From: an uncultured Candidatus Rokubacteria bacterium
GTDB taxonomy: Bacteria > Methylomirabilota > Methylomirabilia > Rokubacteriales > DASRDR01
Direction of reading: 5' to 3'
Length of the DNA: 64,000 bases
Assembly (NCBI GenBank): GCA_963826115.1
Contig: CAWGVS010000006.1
Span: 576,001-640,000 of the forward strand
In this document: piece by piece, positions 1-10,568 of the stretch
Layout: the number at the start of each line of letters is the position of its first letter
Position numbering within the stretch: position 1 is the stretch's first letter
Notes under the pieces: generated by a model
Databases searched by the model: none
What the model was told of the DNA's origin: nothing
The model's input: the letters and a program-made list of their open reading frames with translations, nothing else
Translations under genes and position numbers: made by a program

Positions 1-1
1 C

Positions 2-178
2 GAGTCGGGGGCGCTCGTCGGCTCGTCCGACCACGGCGTCAGCCTCTCCCTCTACGCGAAGGACCCGGACGGCCTCGAGTTCGAGGTCTTCTGGACGGTG
101 CCCGACGGCAAGCCCGTCGGCACGCGGCCGCTCCACCTCGAGGCGGAGCTGGCCCGGCGCGGGCTCCCCGTCTCCTGA
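2..178 (+). CDS. VOC/glyoxalase family protein, C-terminal part (truncated by window edge)
   Basis: Frame 2 reads ...SSDHGVSLSLYAKDPDGLEFEVFW...; DHG-x-S-x-S-x-Y-x-x-DPDG-x-E-x-E is the VOC motif of catechol 2,3-dioxygenase-like proteins; stop TGA 176-178. Confidence 0.8.
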   Translation, partial: ESGALVGSSDHGVSLSLYAKDPDGLEFEVFWTVPDGKPVGTRPLHLEAELARRGLPVS

Positions 179-208
179 CGCCGCCCGCGCCTTCCATCCC
201 CGCGAATC

Positions 209-237
209 TTGACACTATCGGGGGCGGTCCCTACACT
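209..237 (+). promoter_or_regulatory. sigma70-type promoter TTGACA-N17-TACACT
   Basis: Perfect -35 at 209-214, 17-nt spacer, -10 TACACT at 232-237, upstream of the gene at 306. Confidence 0.75.
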
Positions 238-305
238 CGCGCCAGCCGCCGGGGAATCCCGCGGCGCGGGCCGAGACCTCAGGGCGTCGAGCGAGGAGGC
301 CGGGA

Positions 306-644
306 GTGGCGGAGCCGGACCAGGGCTGCACGCATCCGTGGCTCAGGGTCACCTGCGGGGTCTGTGGCGAGGCGGTCGACGCGCTCGGTGAGACGCCGAT
401 CGAGGCAGGGTCCCAGGGGCACGCCTCGGTGAGCCGCCTCGGCGGCCCCGACTCGCAGGCCATCTTCATCGTGGCCCGAGGGCATCCGGAGCTCATGGAC
501 CAGCTCCGGACGGTCATGGGGCATGAGAGCGGCGTGAACATCATCGAGGACCGGCGCCAGCGGCCCCGCGAGGAGCAGACCGAGGAGAAGGCACGGGAGA
601 TCCGGAAGCGCCTCCGCGAGGAGGGCCCCCCGGACCAGGGCTAG
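306..644 (+). CDS. Small hypothetical protein with CxH-x6-CxxC putative Zn site and C-terminal DRRxRxR motif
   Basis: 112-aa ORF, GAGGAGG SD upstream of GTG, own promoter, GC3-biased codons. Confidence 0.7.
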   Translation: MAEPDQGCTHPWLRVTCGVCGEAVDALGETPIEAGSQGHASVSRLGGPDSQAIFIVARGHPELMDQLRTVMGHESGVNIIEDRRQRPREEQTEEKAREIRKRLREEGPPDQG

Positions 645-669
645 CGGGCGCCGGCTCCGGCCGCCGCCG

Positions 670-1569
670 CTAGCTCTTGGTCAGATCGGCGACCGGCGTG
701 CCGTGCCAGCCGGCCTCGCGCTTCTCCCAGTAGAGCTTCCGGAACCGGGTCGTGAGCGGCCCGGGCCGTCCGGCCCCCAGCGGCTTCCCGTCCACGCGCG
801 ACACCGGCATGATCCCGCCCGCCGTCGACGAGAGGAACGCCTCGTCCGCCGTCCGGAGCGCGTCCGGCGGCAGGTCCGCCTGCCGAGCGGGCACGCCGAG
901 CTCCACCGCGAGCTCCAGGACGGTCTGGCGCGTGATGCCTTCCAGGATGTTCCCGCGCGGCGTCGACAGCGCCCCGTCCTTCACGAGGAAGAGGTTGAAG
1001 CCCGGCCCCTCGGCGAGGTGCCCGGCGGGCGTGCAGAGGACCGCCGTGTCGGCGCCGCGGTCGAGCGCCTCGAACAGGCCCCGCTGGAGGTCCATCCAGT
1101 TGAAGTTCTTCACGCGCGGGTCGATCGCCTCCGTCGGCGTCCGCCGGTTGTCGACCATCGCGAGGTCGATGCCGATCTCCTGGCGCTCCGGGGGCACGAT
1201 CCAGATGTAGGGCAGCGCGAAGCCGACGAAGCGGTTCCGGCAGAGCCGCGGGTCGCGCTTGGTCATCGAGACGAACTCCCCGCGCGTCACGATCATCTGG
1301 ACGTACGAGTCCTCGAGGCCGGCCCGGTGGACGCACTCGGCCAGGATGCGCTTGAGCTCCTCGGGCGGATGCGGGCAGGTCAGCCGCGCGCCCGCGCACG
1401 ACCGGAGGAAGCGCGCCACGTGGTCGTCGAGCCGGAAGAAGCGGCCCTTCCATACCGACACCGTGTCGTACACCGCGTCGCCGCGCGTGAACCCGAGGTC
1501 GAAGAGCGGGATTCGCGCCTCGTGCGCGGGCGAGTACTCTCCGTCGATGAACGCCACACCGTCAGCCAT
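670..1569 (-). CDS. Fold-type IV PLP aminotransferase, probable (R)-selective amine transaminase
   Basis: RGDAVYDTVS, YVQMIVTRG, VKNFNWMDL, EGPGFN, LEGITR, SSTAGG motifs; SD GGGAGG. Confidence 0.9.
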   Translation of the reverse strand: MADGVAFIDGEYSPAHEARIPLFDLGFTRGDAVYDTVSVWKGRFFRLDDHVARFLRSCAGARLTCPHPPEELKRILAECVHRAGLEDSYVQMIVTRGEFVSMTKRDPRLCRNRFVGFALPYIWIVPPERQEIGIDLAMVDNRRTPTEAIDPRVKNFNWMDLQRGLFEALDRGADTAVLCTPAGHLAEGPGFNLFLVKDGALSTPRGNILEGITRQTVLELAVELGVPARQADLPPDALRTADEAFLSSTAGGIMPVSRVDGKPLGAGRPGPLTTRFRKLYWEKREAGWHGTPVADLTKS

Positions 1570-1649
1570 GATGCCTCCCTCGGTCGACGCCCTCGCGCCG
1601 GTCGTTCTGCGGCTCCGACGATCCGGGTCGGGCCGATCCGTCCACGACC

Positions 1650-1679
1650 ACGCTACGGGCTGCGCGGAGGCTGCGTCAA
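1650..1679 (-). promoter_or_regulatory. Putative sigma70 promoter TTGACG-N18-TAGCGT for the aminotransferase
   Basis: Hexamers read on the minus strand about 80 nt upstream of the ATG. Confidence 0.5.
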
Positions 1680-1711
1680 GGCCCGAGGGGATCCCGCCAC
1701 GGTGGAGAGGC

Positions 1712-1831
1712 TGGACCTACCGGGTGTGCGTTCACACCGGTCATGCCGGGCCCCACCCCACCAATCCCTCCATCCCCATCGCGGGCGATGTCGTGAGCAA
1801 CGAGTGCACGCTCAACGTGACCTTTCCCTGA
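1712..1831 (+). pseudogene. Orphan 3' gene remnant (WTYRVCVHT...VVSNECTLNVTFP*)
   Basis: Coding-like codon bias ending in TGA, no start or SD, lying between two divergent promoters. Confidence 0.4.
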
Positions 1832-1853
1832 CCCCGCGGTCCGCTTCGCAACG

Positions 1854-1883
1854 TTGACCGCCCCTGCGCCGGCCGCGTACGCT
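1854..1883 (+). promoter_or_regulatory. Putative sigma70 promoter TTGACC-N18-TACGCT for the thiolase operon
   Basis: Hexamers at 1854-1859 and 1878-1883. Confidence 0.5.
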
Positions 1884-1937
1884 GTGACCTGAGCGGGTCC
1901 GCCCGGGCCCCAGCCGTCGGGCCGCTCGGGAGGCGGC

Positions 1938-3062
1938 GTGAGCGACGTCTACATCGCGGGAGCGGCCATGACCCGGGTCGGCCGGCGGGACGACTCGCTG
2001 CCCGACCTCATGGCCGAGGCGGGGCGGGGGGCCCTCGCGGCGGCGGCGCTCGAGCGGCCCGACGCCCTGATCGTCTCGGCGATGAATCCCGAGGAGTTCG
2101 TCGGCGAGGGGAACTTCGCCTCCTACGTGGCCACCTACCTCGGGCTCGCGCGGGTCCCGAGCCTCCGCGCCGAGACGGCGACCTCGTCGGGCGCCGCCGC
2201 GCTCTTTGCGGCGTACGCGGCCGTCGCGGCGGGCCTCCACCGGACCGTGCTCGTGGTGGGCGGGGAGAAGATGACGCACCTCCCGACGCCGCGGGTGTCC
2301 GAGCTGATCAGCCGCTCGATCGATTCCTACGAGCGCTCGTACGGGGCGACGATGCCCGCGCTCGCCGGCCTCGTCACGCGCGCGTGGATGGCGAAGACCG
2401 GCGCCACGCTCCGGGACATCTCGCTGGTCGCCGTCAAGAACCACGCGAACGGGGCGAAGAACCCGCTCGCTCACTTCCAGGAGCCGGTGAGCCTCGAGAC
2501 CGTGCTCGAGAGCCGTCTCGTGGCGGACCCGCTTCGCCTCTACCACTGCTGCCCGATCTCCGACGGCGCGGCCGCCGTCGTCGTCCGCGCCGAGCGCGCG
2601 CCCGTCCGCATCGCCGGCATCGGGCAGGGAACGGACTATCACGCCCTCCGCTACCGCGATGTCTTCACCGGGTTCCGCGCGACGCGCCAGGCCGCCCGCG
2701 CGGCATTCCGGATGGCCGGCTACGGCCCCGAGCGCGTCGGCGTCGCCGAGCTTCACGACGCCTTCGCGCCGTTCGAGCTGATCTCGATGGAGGACACCGG
2801 GCTCGCTCCCCGGGGAAAGGCCGCCCGCATGGTCGCCCACGGCGAGACCGCGCTCGACGGGCGGCTGCCGGTGAACCCCTCGGGCGGGCTGAAGGCGCGC
2901 GGCCATCCGCTCGGCGGTACGGGCGTCGCGCAGCTGGTCGAGCTCTACTGGCAGCTCACCGGGCAGGCGACCGGCCGGCAGGTGTCGGCGCGGGTCGGGC
3001 TTGCCCAGTCGATCGGCGGGCTCGCCACGTCGAACTGGGTCACGCTCCTGGAGGCGGCGTGA
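1938..3062 (+). CDS. SCP2-type thiolase family protein lacking the nucleophilic Cys
   Basis: KNHANG, DGAAA, ELHDAF, NPSGGLKARGHPLGGTG motifs; ETATSSG in place of ExACASG; SD GGAGG. Confidence 0.9.
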   Translation: MSDVYIAGAAMTRVGRRDDSLPDLMAEAGRGALAAAALERPDALIVSAMNPEEFVGEGNFASYVATYLGLARVPSLRAETATSSGAAALFAAYAAVAAGLHRTVLVVGGEKMTHLPTPRVSELISRSIDSYERSYGATMPALAGLVTRAWMAKTGATLRDISLVAVKNHANGAKNPLAHFQEPVSLETVLESRLVADPLRLYHCCPISDGAAAVVVRAERAPVRIAGIGQGTDYHALRYRDVFTGFRATRQAARAAFRMAGYGPERVGVAELHDAFAPFELISMEDTGLAPRGKAARMVAHGETALDGRLPVNPSGGLKARGHPLGGTGVAQLVELYWQLTGQATGRQVSARVGLAQSIGGLATSNWVTLLEAA

Positions 3063-3550
3063 GCGCGCCGGCGGCGCCGGCGTCCGAGACGGGCGCGGCG
3101 GTCCCTCCGGAGCGCGCAGCGGCCCCGGCGCCGGCCGGCGCCATCCCCGCGTCGCGCTGTCCCCGCTGCGGGCGGACGTGCGCGCCGCCGGCTCGGTACT
3201 GCCCCGACGACGGGGCGGTCATGGCGCCCACGGCCGTGGCCGCGCACGGAGAGGTGGTCTCCTTCACCACGCTCTACTCGCCGCCGACGGGATTCGCCTC
3301 GCCGCTTCACCTCGCCCTGGTCGAGCTGTCGGGCGGCGCGAAGTTCTTCTGCCACGGCGCGGGCACGAAGGGGCTCCGCCCGGGGTCGCCGGTCACCATC
3401 GAGGCCGTGGACGACATCTACTACTTCTCCACCCTGAGCCTGGCCGGGCGCGCGGCGCTCTTCTGGCGCCGCCGCACCGAGACGGCGACCGGCCGCCTTT
3501 CCTCGTTCGCGAAGAGCGCCGCCAAGCGGCTCCTCCGGAGGACCCCATGA
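3059..3550 (+). CDS. DUF35 Zn-ribbon/OB-fold protein (thiolase partner)
   Basis: CPRCG...PP..YCPDDG, GEVVSFTT, LALVEL; GTGA overlap with the thiolase stop. Confidence 0.85.
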   Translation: MSAPAAPASETGAAVPPERAAAPAPAGAIPASRCPRCGRTCAPPARYCPDDGAVMAPTAVAAHGEVVSFTTLYSPPTGFASPLHLALVELSGGAKFFCHGAGTKGLRPGSPVTIEAVDDIYYFSTLSLAGRAALFWRRRTETATGRLSSFAKSAAKRLLRRTP

Positions 3551-4731
3551 GGCCCCTCGACGGCATCCGCGTGATCGACCTGTCCCGCGTCCTCGCGGGG
3601 CCCTACGGCACGATGCTCCTCGCCGACATGGGCGCCGAGGTGATCAAGGTGGAGGAGCCCGGGAAGGGGGACGACACCCGGGCCTGGCCGGCCTTCGCGG
3701 GCGGCGAGTCCACCTACTTCATGAGCGTCAACCGCGGGAAGAAGAGCCTGACGCTCGACCTCAAGGCCGAGGCCGGGAAGGCCGTCCTCCGAAAGCTCGT
3801 CGCCGGGGCGGACGTGCTCGTCGAGAACTTCCGGCCCGGGACGCTCGCGCGGCTCGGGTTCGGCTGGGAGGCCGTCCACGCGCTCAATCCCCGGCTCGTG
3901 TACTGCTCGATCTCGGGCTTCGGCGAGTCGGGGCCCGAGGCGAGCCGTCCGGGGTACGACCTCATCGTGCAGGGCGAGTCCGGCGTCATGGACCTCACCG
4001 GGTTTCCCGACGGGCCCCCCGTGAAGGTCGGCAACTCGATCGCCGATCTCGCCTCGGGCACGATGGCCGCGCAGGGGATCGTGCTGGCCCTGTTCGCGCG
4101 CGAGCGGCTCGGCGCGGGCCAGAAGGTCGAGATCTCGATGCTCGAGGTGATGGCGGCGCTCCTCACCTACCAGGGCCAGGGCTACCTGACGACGGGCGTG
4201 AGCCCCCGTCGCCGGGGGAACCAGCATCCGTCGATCGTGCCCTACGAGGTGTTCGAGGCGGCGGACGCGTACCTCACGGTCGGCGTCGCCAACAACTCCC
4301 TCTGGACGCGCTTCTGCCAGGCGATCGGCCATCCGGAGCTCGCGGCCGACCCGCGGTTCGACACCGAGGCGAAGCGCGTCGAGGGTCGGGACGCGCTGGT
4401 CCCGCTGCTCGCGGCGATCTTCCGGACGGCGCCCGCCGCGGAGTGGCTCGGGCGACTCGAGCGCGCGGGCGTGCCGGCGGGGAAGATCAAGTCGGTGGGC
4501 GAGGCGCTCGACTCCGAGCACCTCCTGGCGCGCGGCGCGATCGTGACCGTGAACCATCCGACGGCGGGGCGCATGCGGATGGTCGGCCCGCCGATCCGGC
4601 TGCACGGGACGCCCGCCGAGGCCGCGACGCCCGCGCCGCTCCTCGGCGAGCACACGGACGAGGTGCTCGCGAAGCTGCTGGGCTACTCGAGCGAGGGGAT
4701 CGCGGAGCTCCGCGCGTCCGGCGTCGTGTGA
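3547..4731 (+). CDS. CaiB/BaiF family III CoA transferase
   Basis: PLDGIRVIDLSRVLAGP, VENFRPG, GYDLIVQ, APLLGEHT; ATGA overlap. Confidence 0.95.
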   Translation: MRPLDGIRVIDLSRVLAGPYGTMLLADMGAEVIKVEEPGKGDDTRAWPAFAGGESTYFMSVNRGKKSLTLDLKAEAGKAVLRKLVAGADVLVENFRPGTLARLGFGWEAVHALNPRLVYCSISGFGESGPEASRPGYDLIVQGESGVMDLTGFPDGPPVKVGNSIADLASGTMAAQGIVLALFARERLGAGQKVEISMLEVMAALLTYQGQGYLTTGVSPRRRGNQHPSIVPYEVFEAADAYLTVGVANNSLWTRFCQAIGHPELAADPRFDTEAKRVEGRDALVPLLAAIFRTAPAAEWLGRLERAGVPAGKIKSVGEALDSEHLLARGAIVTVNHPTAGRMRMVGPPIRLHGTPAEAATPAPLLGEHTDEVLAKLLGYSSEGIAELRASGVV

Positions 4732-4747
4732 CGGCGGACCGTCCGGC

Positions 4748-4999
4748 TCACGCGGTCAAGGCGAAGGGCGAGGGCGCGTACCGCTCCAGGCGACCGGAGG
4801 CATGGGTGATCGGATCGGTGCGATGGAGCAGCTCGCAGAACGCGCGGTTGACGCGGCTCCACTCGCGGATGTCGAGGCACCCGACGCAGAGCGTCGAGCC
4901 GGGCAGGGTCGCCCAGCCGCACACGCGGCAGCTCGAGAGGACCGAGGTGTCGAGAATCGAGGATCCCATGTTCGTGTGGAGCAGGGGAGCAAGGATCAT
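4748..4999 (-). CDS. Small hypothetical protein with CxxC-x10-CxxC Zn-ribbon-like motif
   Basis: 83 aa from ATG 4999 with AAGAGG SD; CRVCGWATLPGSTLCVGC. Confidence 0.5.
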   Translation of the reverse strand: MILAPLLHTNMGSSILDTSVLSSCRVCGWATLPGSTLCVGCLDIREWSRVNRAFCELLHRTDPITHASGRLERYAPSPFALTA

Positions 5000-5258
5000 G
5001 CCCGCCTCTTGCGGGCCGATCGGCTGCGGGCGGGCGGAGCCGGACGGAGGCGAGCCAGGTGAGTGAACGCGTGTATTTCTGCGCATTTCCGGGTGGAGTC
5101 GCCGTGGATGTCGTCGGCGCAGATCGCGGACCGTCGACGTGGCAGACCGTCAGCCGCACGCGCGGACGTGTCACGGCGCGGCCGTCGTTCGGCACTCCGC
5201 GCGCCGGCGGCCGTCCGTGACCGCCGAGGGGCCGACGGTCCCGAAGTTCCCCGGAGGA

Positions 5259-5426
5259 ATGTCCGCGGCACCCGAGGTCACGGCCGGCGGCGGCTGCGCG
5301 AACCCGGCCTGCAGCTGCCTCGTCGATCCCGGTCGCCTCTGCTGCTGCGCCGCCTGCGCGCGGGCGGGCGAGGACGCCGACGCGTGCCACTGCGGGCACT
5401 TCGGATGCACGGCGCGCACGTTCTGA
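5259..5426 (+). CDS. Bacterial metallothionein-like Cys-rich peptide (start could be GTG 5217)
   Basis: CANPACSC...LCCCAAC...CHCGHFGC: 10 Cys and 2 His in 38 aa. Confidence 0.7.
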   Translation: MSAAPEVTAGGGCANPACSCLVDPGRLCCCAACARAGEDADACHCGHFGCTARTF

Positions 5427-5460
5427 GCGCGATCCCCCCGCGCGCCGCGGGCGGCCCGCG

Positions 5461-7554
<2,094 letters not shown>

Positions 7555-7701
7555 CCAGCGCTCGACCCTACGGGTCACGTGGCATGGCCACTGCACAGGT
7601 CGGTCGCGGAGGGCCCACATGACACGCGAGTCAGGTCGTCAGGCTCCCGCACCTGGAGGGGCCCTTCGGTGTGGCGGACACTGACACCGTCGCGGCTCAC
7701 G

Positions 7702-9189
7702 ATGCCCGCCGGCCACGGGCAGCAGCTCCTGCTGCTGTCTCTCGGCGGGCTGGTGCCGGCGCTCCTTTTCGTCGCCCTGTACGGACGGCCCGAGAGGCTC
7801 GTGCGCTTCTTCCCGGACGACGCGTTCTATTACCTGCAGGTGGCATGGACGGCTGCCCATGACGGAAGGGTTTCGTTTGACGGGCGGAACGTGACGACAG
7901 GATTCCATCCCCTGTTCTTCGCCTCGTGCGTGCTGTTGGCGACCCTCGCGAGCAAGGCTGGCGTCCTTGTCTTGGTGTTCGTCTTGAATGGACTGGCGTT
8001 GACGGCGACGCTGCAGATGCTGTTCGCGACGTTGACCGGCCCCATTGGTGCGCGGTCGCTGGCAACCACGGCGGGAATGCTGCCGTTGTTCACTATGCTG
8101 CTGTGGACCAGCTCCGGTCTTGAGTCTGCGGTGGTATTGCCGGTCGCCGCGGTCTTCGGCGCTGTCTGGCTAGGCAGTTCACGTGACGCGCATTCCAGCT
8201 GGCGATGGGGCCTCGGCATCGGCACGTGCGCAGCCCTCCTGTGTCTTGCTCGTTTGGATCTCGTCATCGCTCTTGGCCCGTTCGCGATCTATCTGCTGGC
8301 ACGGAACCTACGGTACCGCCAGCTCGGGCACTTGTCGTCTGCGGTCCTCGGCTACGCAGCGGTGATCGGTCCCTACTGTCTCTGGAATATCTGGCTCCAG
8401 GGCAACGTGATCCCGACGTCGGCGATCGTGAAGCTGACCCTGCAGCACTCCTTGGTCACTAACTGGCGGGCGTTGACGTTCGGCAACTCCGTCGGCGTCG
8501 TGCTCTTCTTGGTGCCGCTCGTTCTGAACCTGCTTGCCCTCTTCAAGCGCGTCTATGACGAGCACGAGGGACGCTACGTCGCGTTGTTGTCGCTCTCGGC
8601 GCTCCTCTACCTGGGCTATGTGCTCTTCCTGGGCAAGGGCGTGTTCCGCTGGTATCTGGCGTATCTCGTTTTCGGTTCGCTCGTAGCGTTGGTCGTGCTT
8701 GTTCGGTGGCTAGCGGACCACGTGCGGTTGCCTGATTCCTGGGCCTTCCGTCTTGTGTTCGCCGCGCTGGTCGGCGCGTGTAACATGGGATTCTTCATAG
8801 GCTGGTCGCACCAGGAAACGGTGAGCGTGGCCCTGTGGCGGATGACGAACGAGCTCAACGTCACCGTGCCGGCCAACGCTCGGCTGGCGACAGTCGACGC
8901 CGGTGTGGTTGGCTACTTCGGACGTTTCAAGGTCTTCGCCCTGGATGGTCTGGTCAATAGCCTGGAGAACTGGCGAAGATATCTGTCGCACGGCGACATC
9001 GCCGGTTACGTTCGAGCGGAGGGCGTCGAGTATCTGCTCATGCCCGAGACGGAGCAGCCGCAGCTGGATGAGGAGACGGTGGTGGTGCCGGGCCGCGTCG
9101 AGCTGATCCTGGGCAGCGACCAGCTGCTCGGCCGTCATGCGATAGCGCCCCGGTTCACCGAGAGACTCTATCGACTGAAGCCGGACTAG
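7702..9189 (+). CDS. Polytopic membrane protein, GT-C (ArnT/PMT-like) glycosyltransferase-like; atypical composition
   Basis: PDDAFYY after the first TM, TTGFHPL, SGLE, ARLD, DAGVVGYF, LDGLVN; many TM segments; start uncertain. Confidence 0.7.
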   Translation: MPAGHGQQLLLLSLGGLVPALLFVALYGRPERLVRFFPDDAFYYLQVAWTAAHDGRVSFDGRNVTTGFHPLFFASCVLLATLASKAGVLVLVFVLNGLALTATLQMLFATLTGPIGARSLATTAGMLPLFTMLLWTSSGLESAVVLPVAAVFGAVWLGSSRDAHSSWRWGLGIGTCAALLCLARLDLVIALGPFAIYLLARNLRYRQLGHLSSAVLGYAAVIGPYCLWNIWLQGNVIPTSAIVKLTLQHSLVTNWRALTFGNSVGVVLFLVPLVLNLLALFKRVYDEHEGRYVALLSLSALLYLGYVLFLGKGVFRWYLAYLVFGSLVALVVLVRWLADHVRLPDSWAFRLVFAALVGACNMGFFIGWSHQETVSVALWRMTNELNVTVPANARLATVDAGVVGYFGRFKVFALDGLVNSLENWRRYLSHGDIAGYVRAEGVEYLLMPETEQPQLDEETVVVPGRVELILGSDQLLGRHAIAPRFTERLYRLKPD

Positions 9190-9275
9190 CAGAGCTCGGT
9201 TCCTGCGGCCGCGTCCTGGCTCTGTCCTGACGGGCGAGGCCGCGCCGGCCTGCGAGCGTCAGCCGGCCCGCGCTG

Positions 9276-10565
9276 CTACTTCACCAGCCCGAAGCTCCTC
9301 GGCAGCCACCAGTAGATCTCGGGGAAGTAGGTCGTGATCGCCAGCACGACCAGCATGCAGGCGAGCAGCGGCAGGAGCGGCGGGAGAAGCTTGTCCATCG
9401 ACACGCGCCCGACCTTCACGGCGACGAACAGGGCCGTGCCCACCGGCGGGGTGGTCAGGCCGTAGGCCAGGTTGACGACCATGATCAGGCCGAGGTGCAC
9501 GAGGTCGATCCCGAACTTCTGCGACACCGGAATGAGGATCGGCACCAGCATGATCAGGGCCGGCGTCATGTCGACGAACATCCCGACCACCATCAAGAAG
9601 ACATTCAGGGTCAGGAGGAACAGCCACTTGCTGGCGATCAGGTCGAAGAAGTTGTCGGCCAGCATGCGCGGCAGGTTCTCGTAGGTCAGGATCCACGAGA
9701 ACACGGAGCAGGTGGCGATCAGCAGCATCACCACGGCGTTGGTCAGGCAGCACTGCCAGATGATCTCGGGCAGGTCGCGCCACTTGATCTCCTTGTACAC
9801 GAGAACCGTGAGCGCGAGCGCGTACACGCACGCGGCCGCGCCCGCCTCGGTCGCCGTGAACACGCCGGTGATGATGCCGCCCAGGATGATCACCATCGTG
9901 AAGACGCCGGCCAGGCCGTCCAGGACGCGCCGGACCTTCTCGCGCCGCGGTAGCCGGGGGAGGACCTTCTGGTGGTACAGCTTCCCGTGGACGAAGCTCG
10001 CGCCCATCAGCGACAGGCCGATCATGACGCCCGGGATGATGCCGGCCACGAACAGGGCCGCGATCGACACGGAGCCCGCGACGTGCGCGAAGATGATCAT
10101 GCCGATCGACGGCGGGATGATCGGGCCCATCGTCGCGGCGGTCAGCACGATGGCGGTGGCGAAGCGTCGCGAGTAGCCGTCCTTCACCATGGCCGGGATC
10201 ATCATGCTGCCGATGGACGACACCTCGGCGACCGCCGAGCCGGTCACGCCGCCGAAGAACATCGAGGCGACGCACACGATCTGGGCGAGGCTGCCCGGCA
10301 GCCACCCGACGAGCACCTCGGCCATGCGCACGAGCCGCATGGCCACCCCGCCCCGCGCCATCAGCGTGCCCGCGAACACGAAGAAGATCACCGCTAGCAG
10401 CGGGAACGTGTTGATGGCCGTGAGCATGCGCTGGACGATCGTGGCGTTGTCGACGCCGGGCAGAAGCAGCGTCGCCACCACCGAGGAGACGCCCACGGCG
10501 AACGAGATGGGGACGCCGACCGCCATCAGCGCCACGAAGACCAGGCCTAGGATGGTGAGCGTCAT
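9276..10565 (-). CDS. dctM: TRAP transporter large permease
   Basis: FGGVTGSAVAE, GPIIPPSI, FTATEA, TPPVG motifs. Confidence 0.95.
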   Translation of the reverse strand: MTLTILGLVFVALMAVGVPISFAVGVSSVVATLLLPGVDNATIVQRMLTAINTFPLLAVIFFVFAGTLMARGGVAMRLVRMAEVLVGWLPGSLAQIVCVASMFFGGVTGSAVAEVSSIGSMMIPAMVKDGYSRRFATAIVLTAATMGPIIPPSIGMIIFAHVAGSVSIAALFVAGIIPGVMIGLSLMGASFVHGKLYHQKVLPRLPRREKVRRVLDGLAGVFTMVIILGGIITGVFTATEAGAAACVYALALTVLVYKEIKWRDLPEIIWQCCLTNAVVMLLIATCSVFSWILTYENLPRMLADNFFDLIASKWLFLLTLNVFLMVVGMFVDMTPALIMLVPILIPVSQKFGIDLVHLGLIMVVNLAYGLTTPPVGTALFVAVKVGRVSMDKLLPPLLPLLACMLVVLAITTYFPEIYWWLPRSFGLVK

Positions 10566-10568
10566 GCG

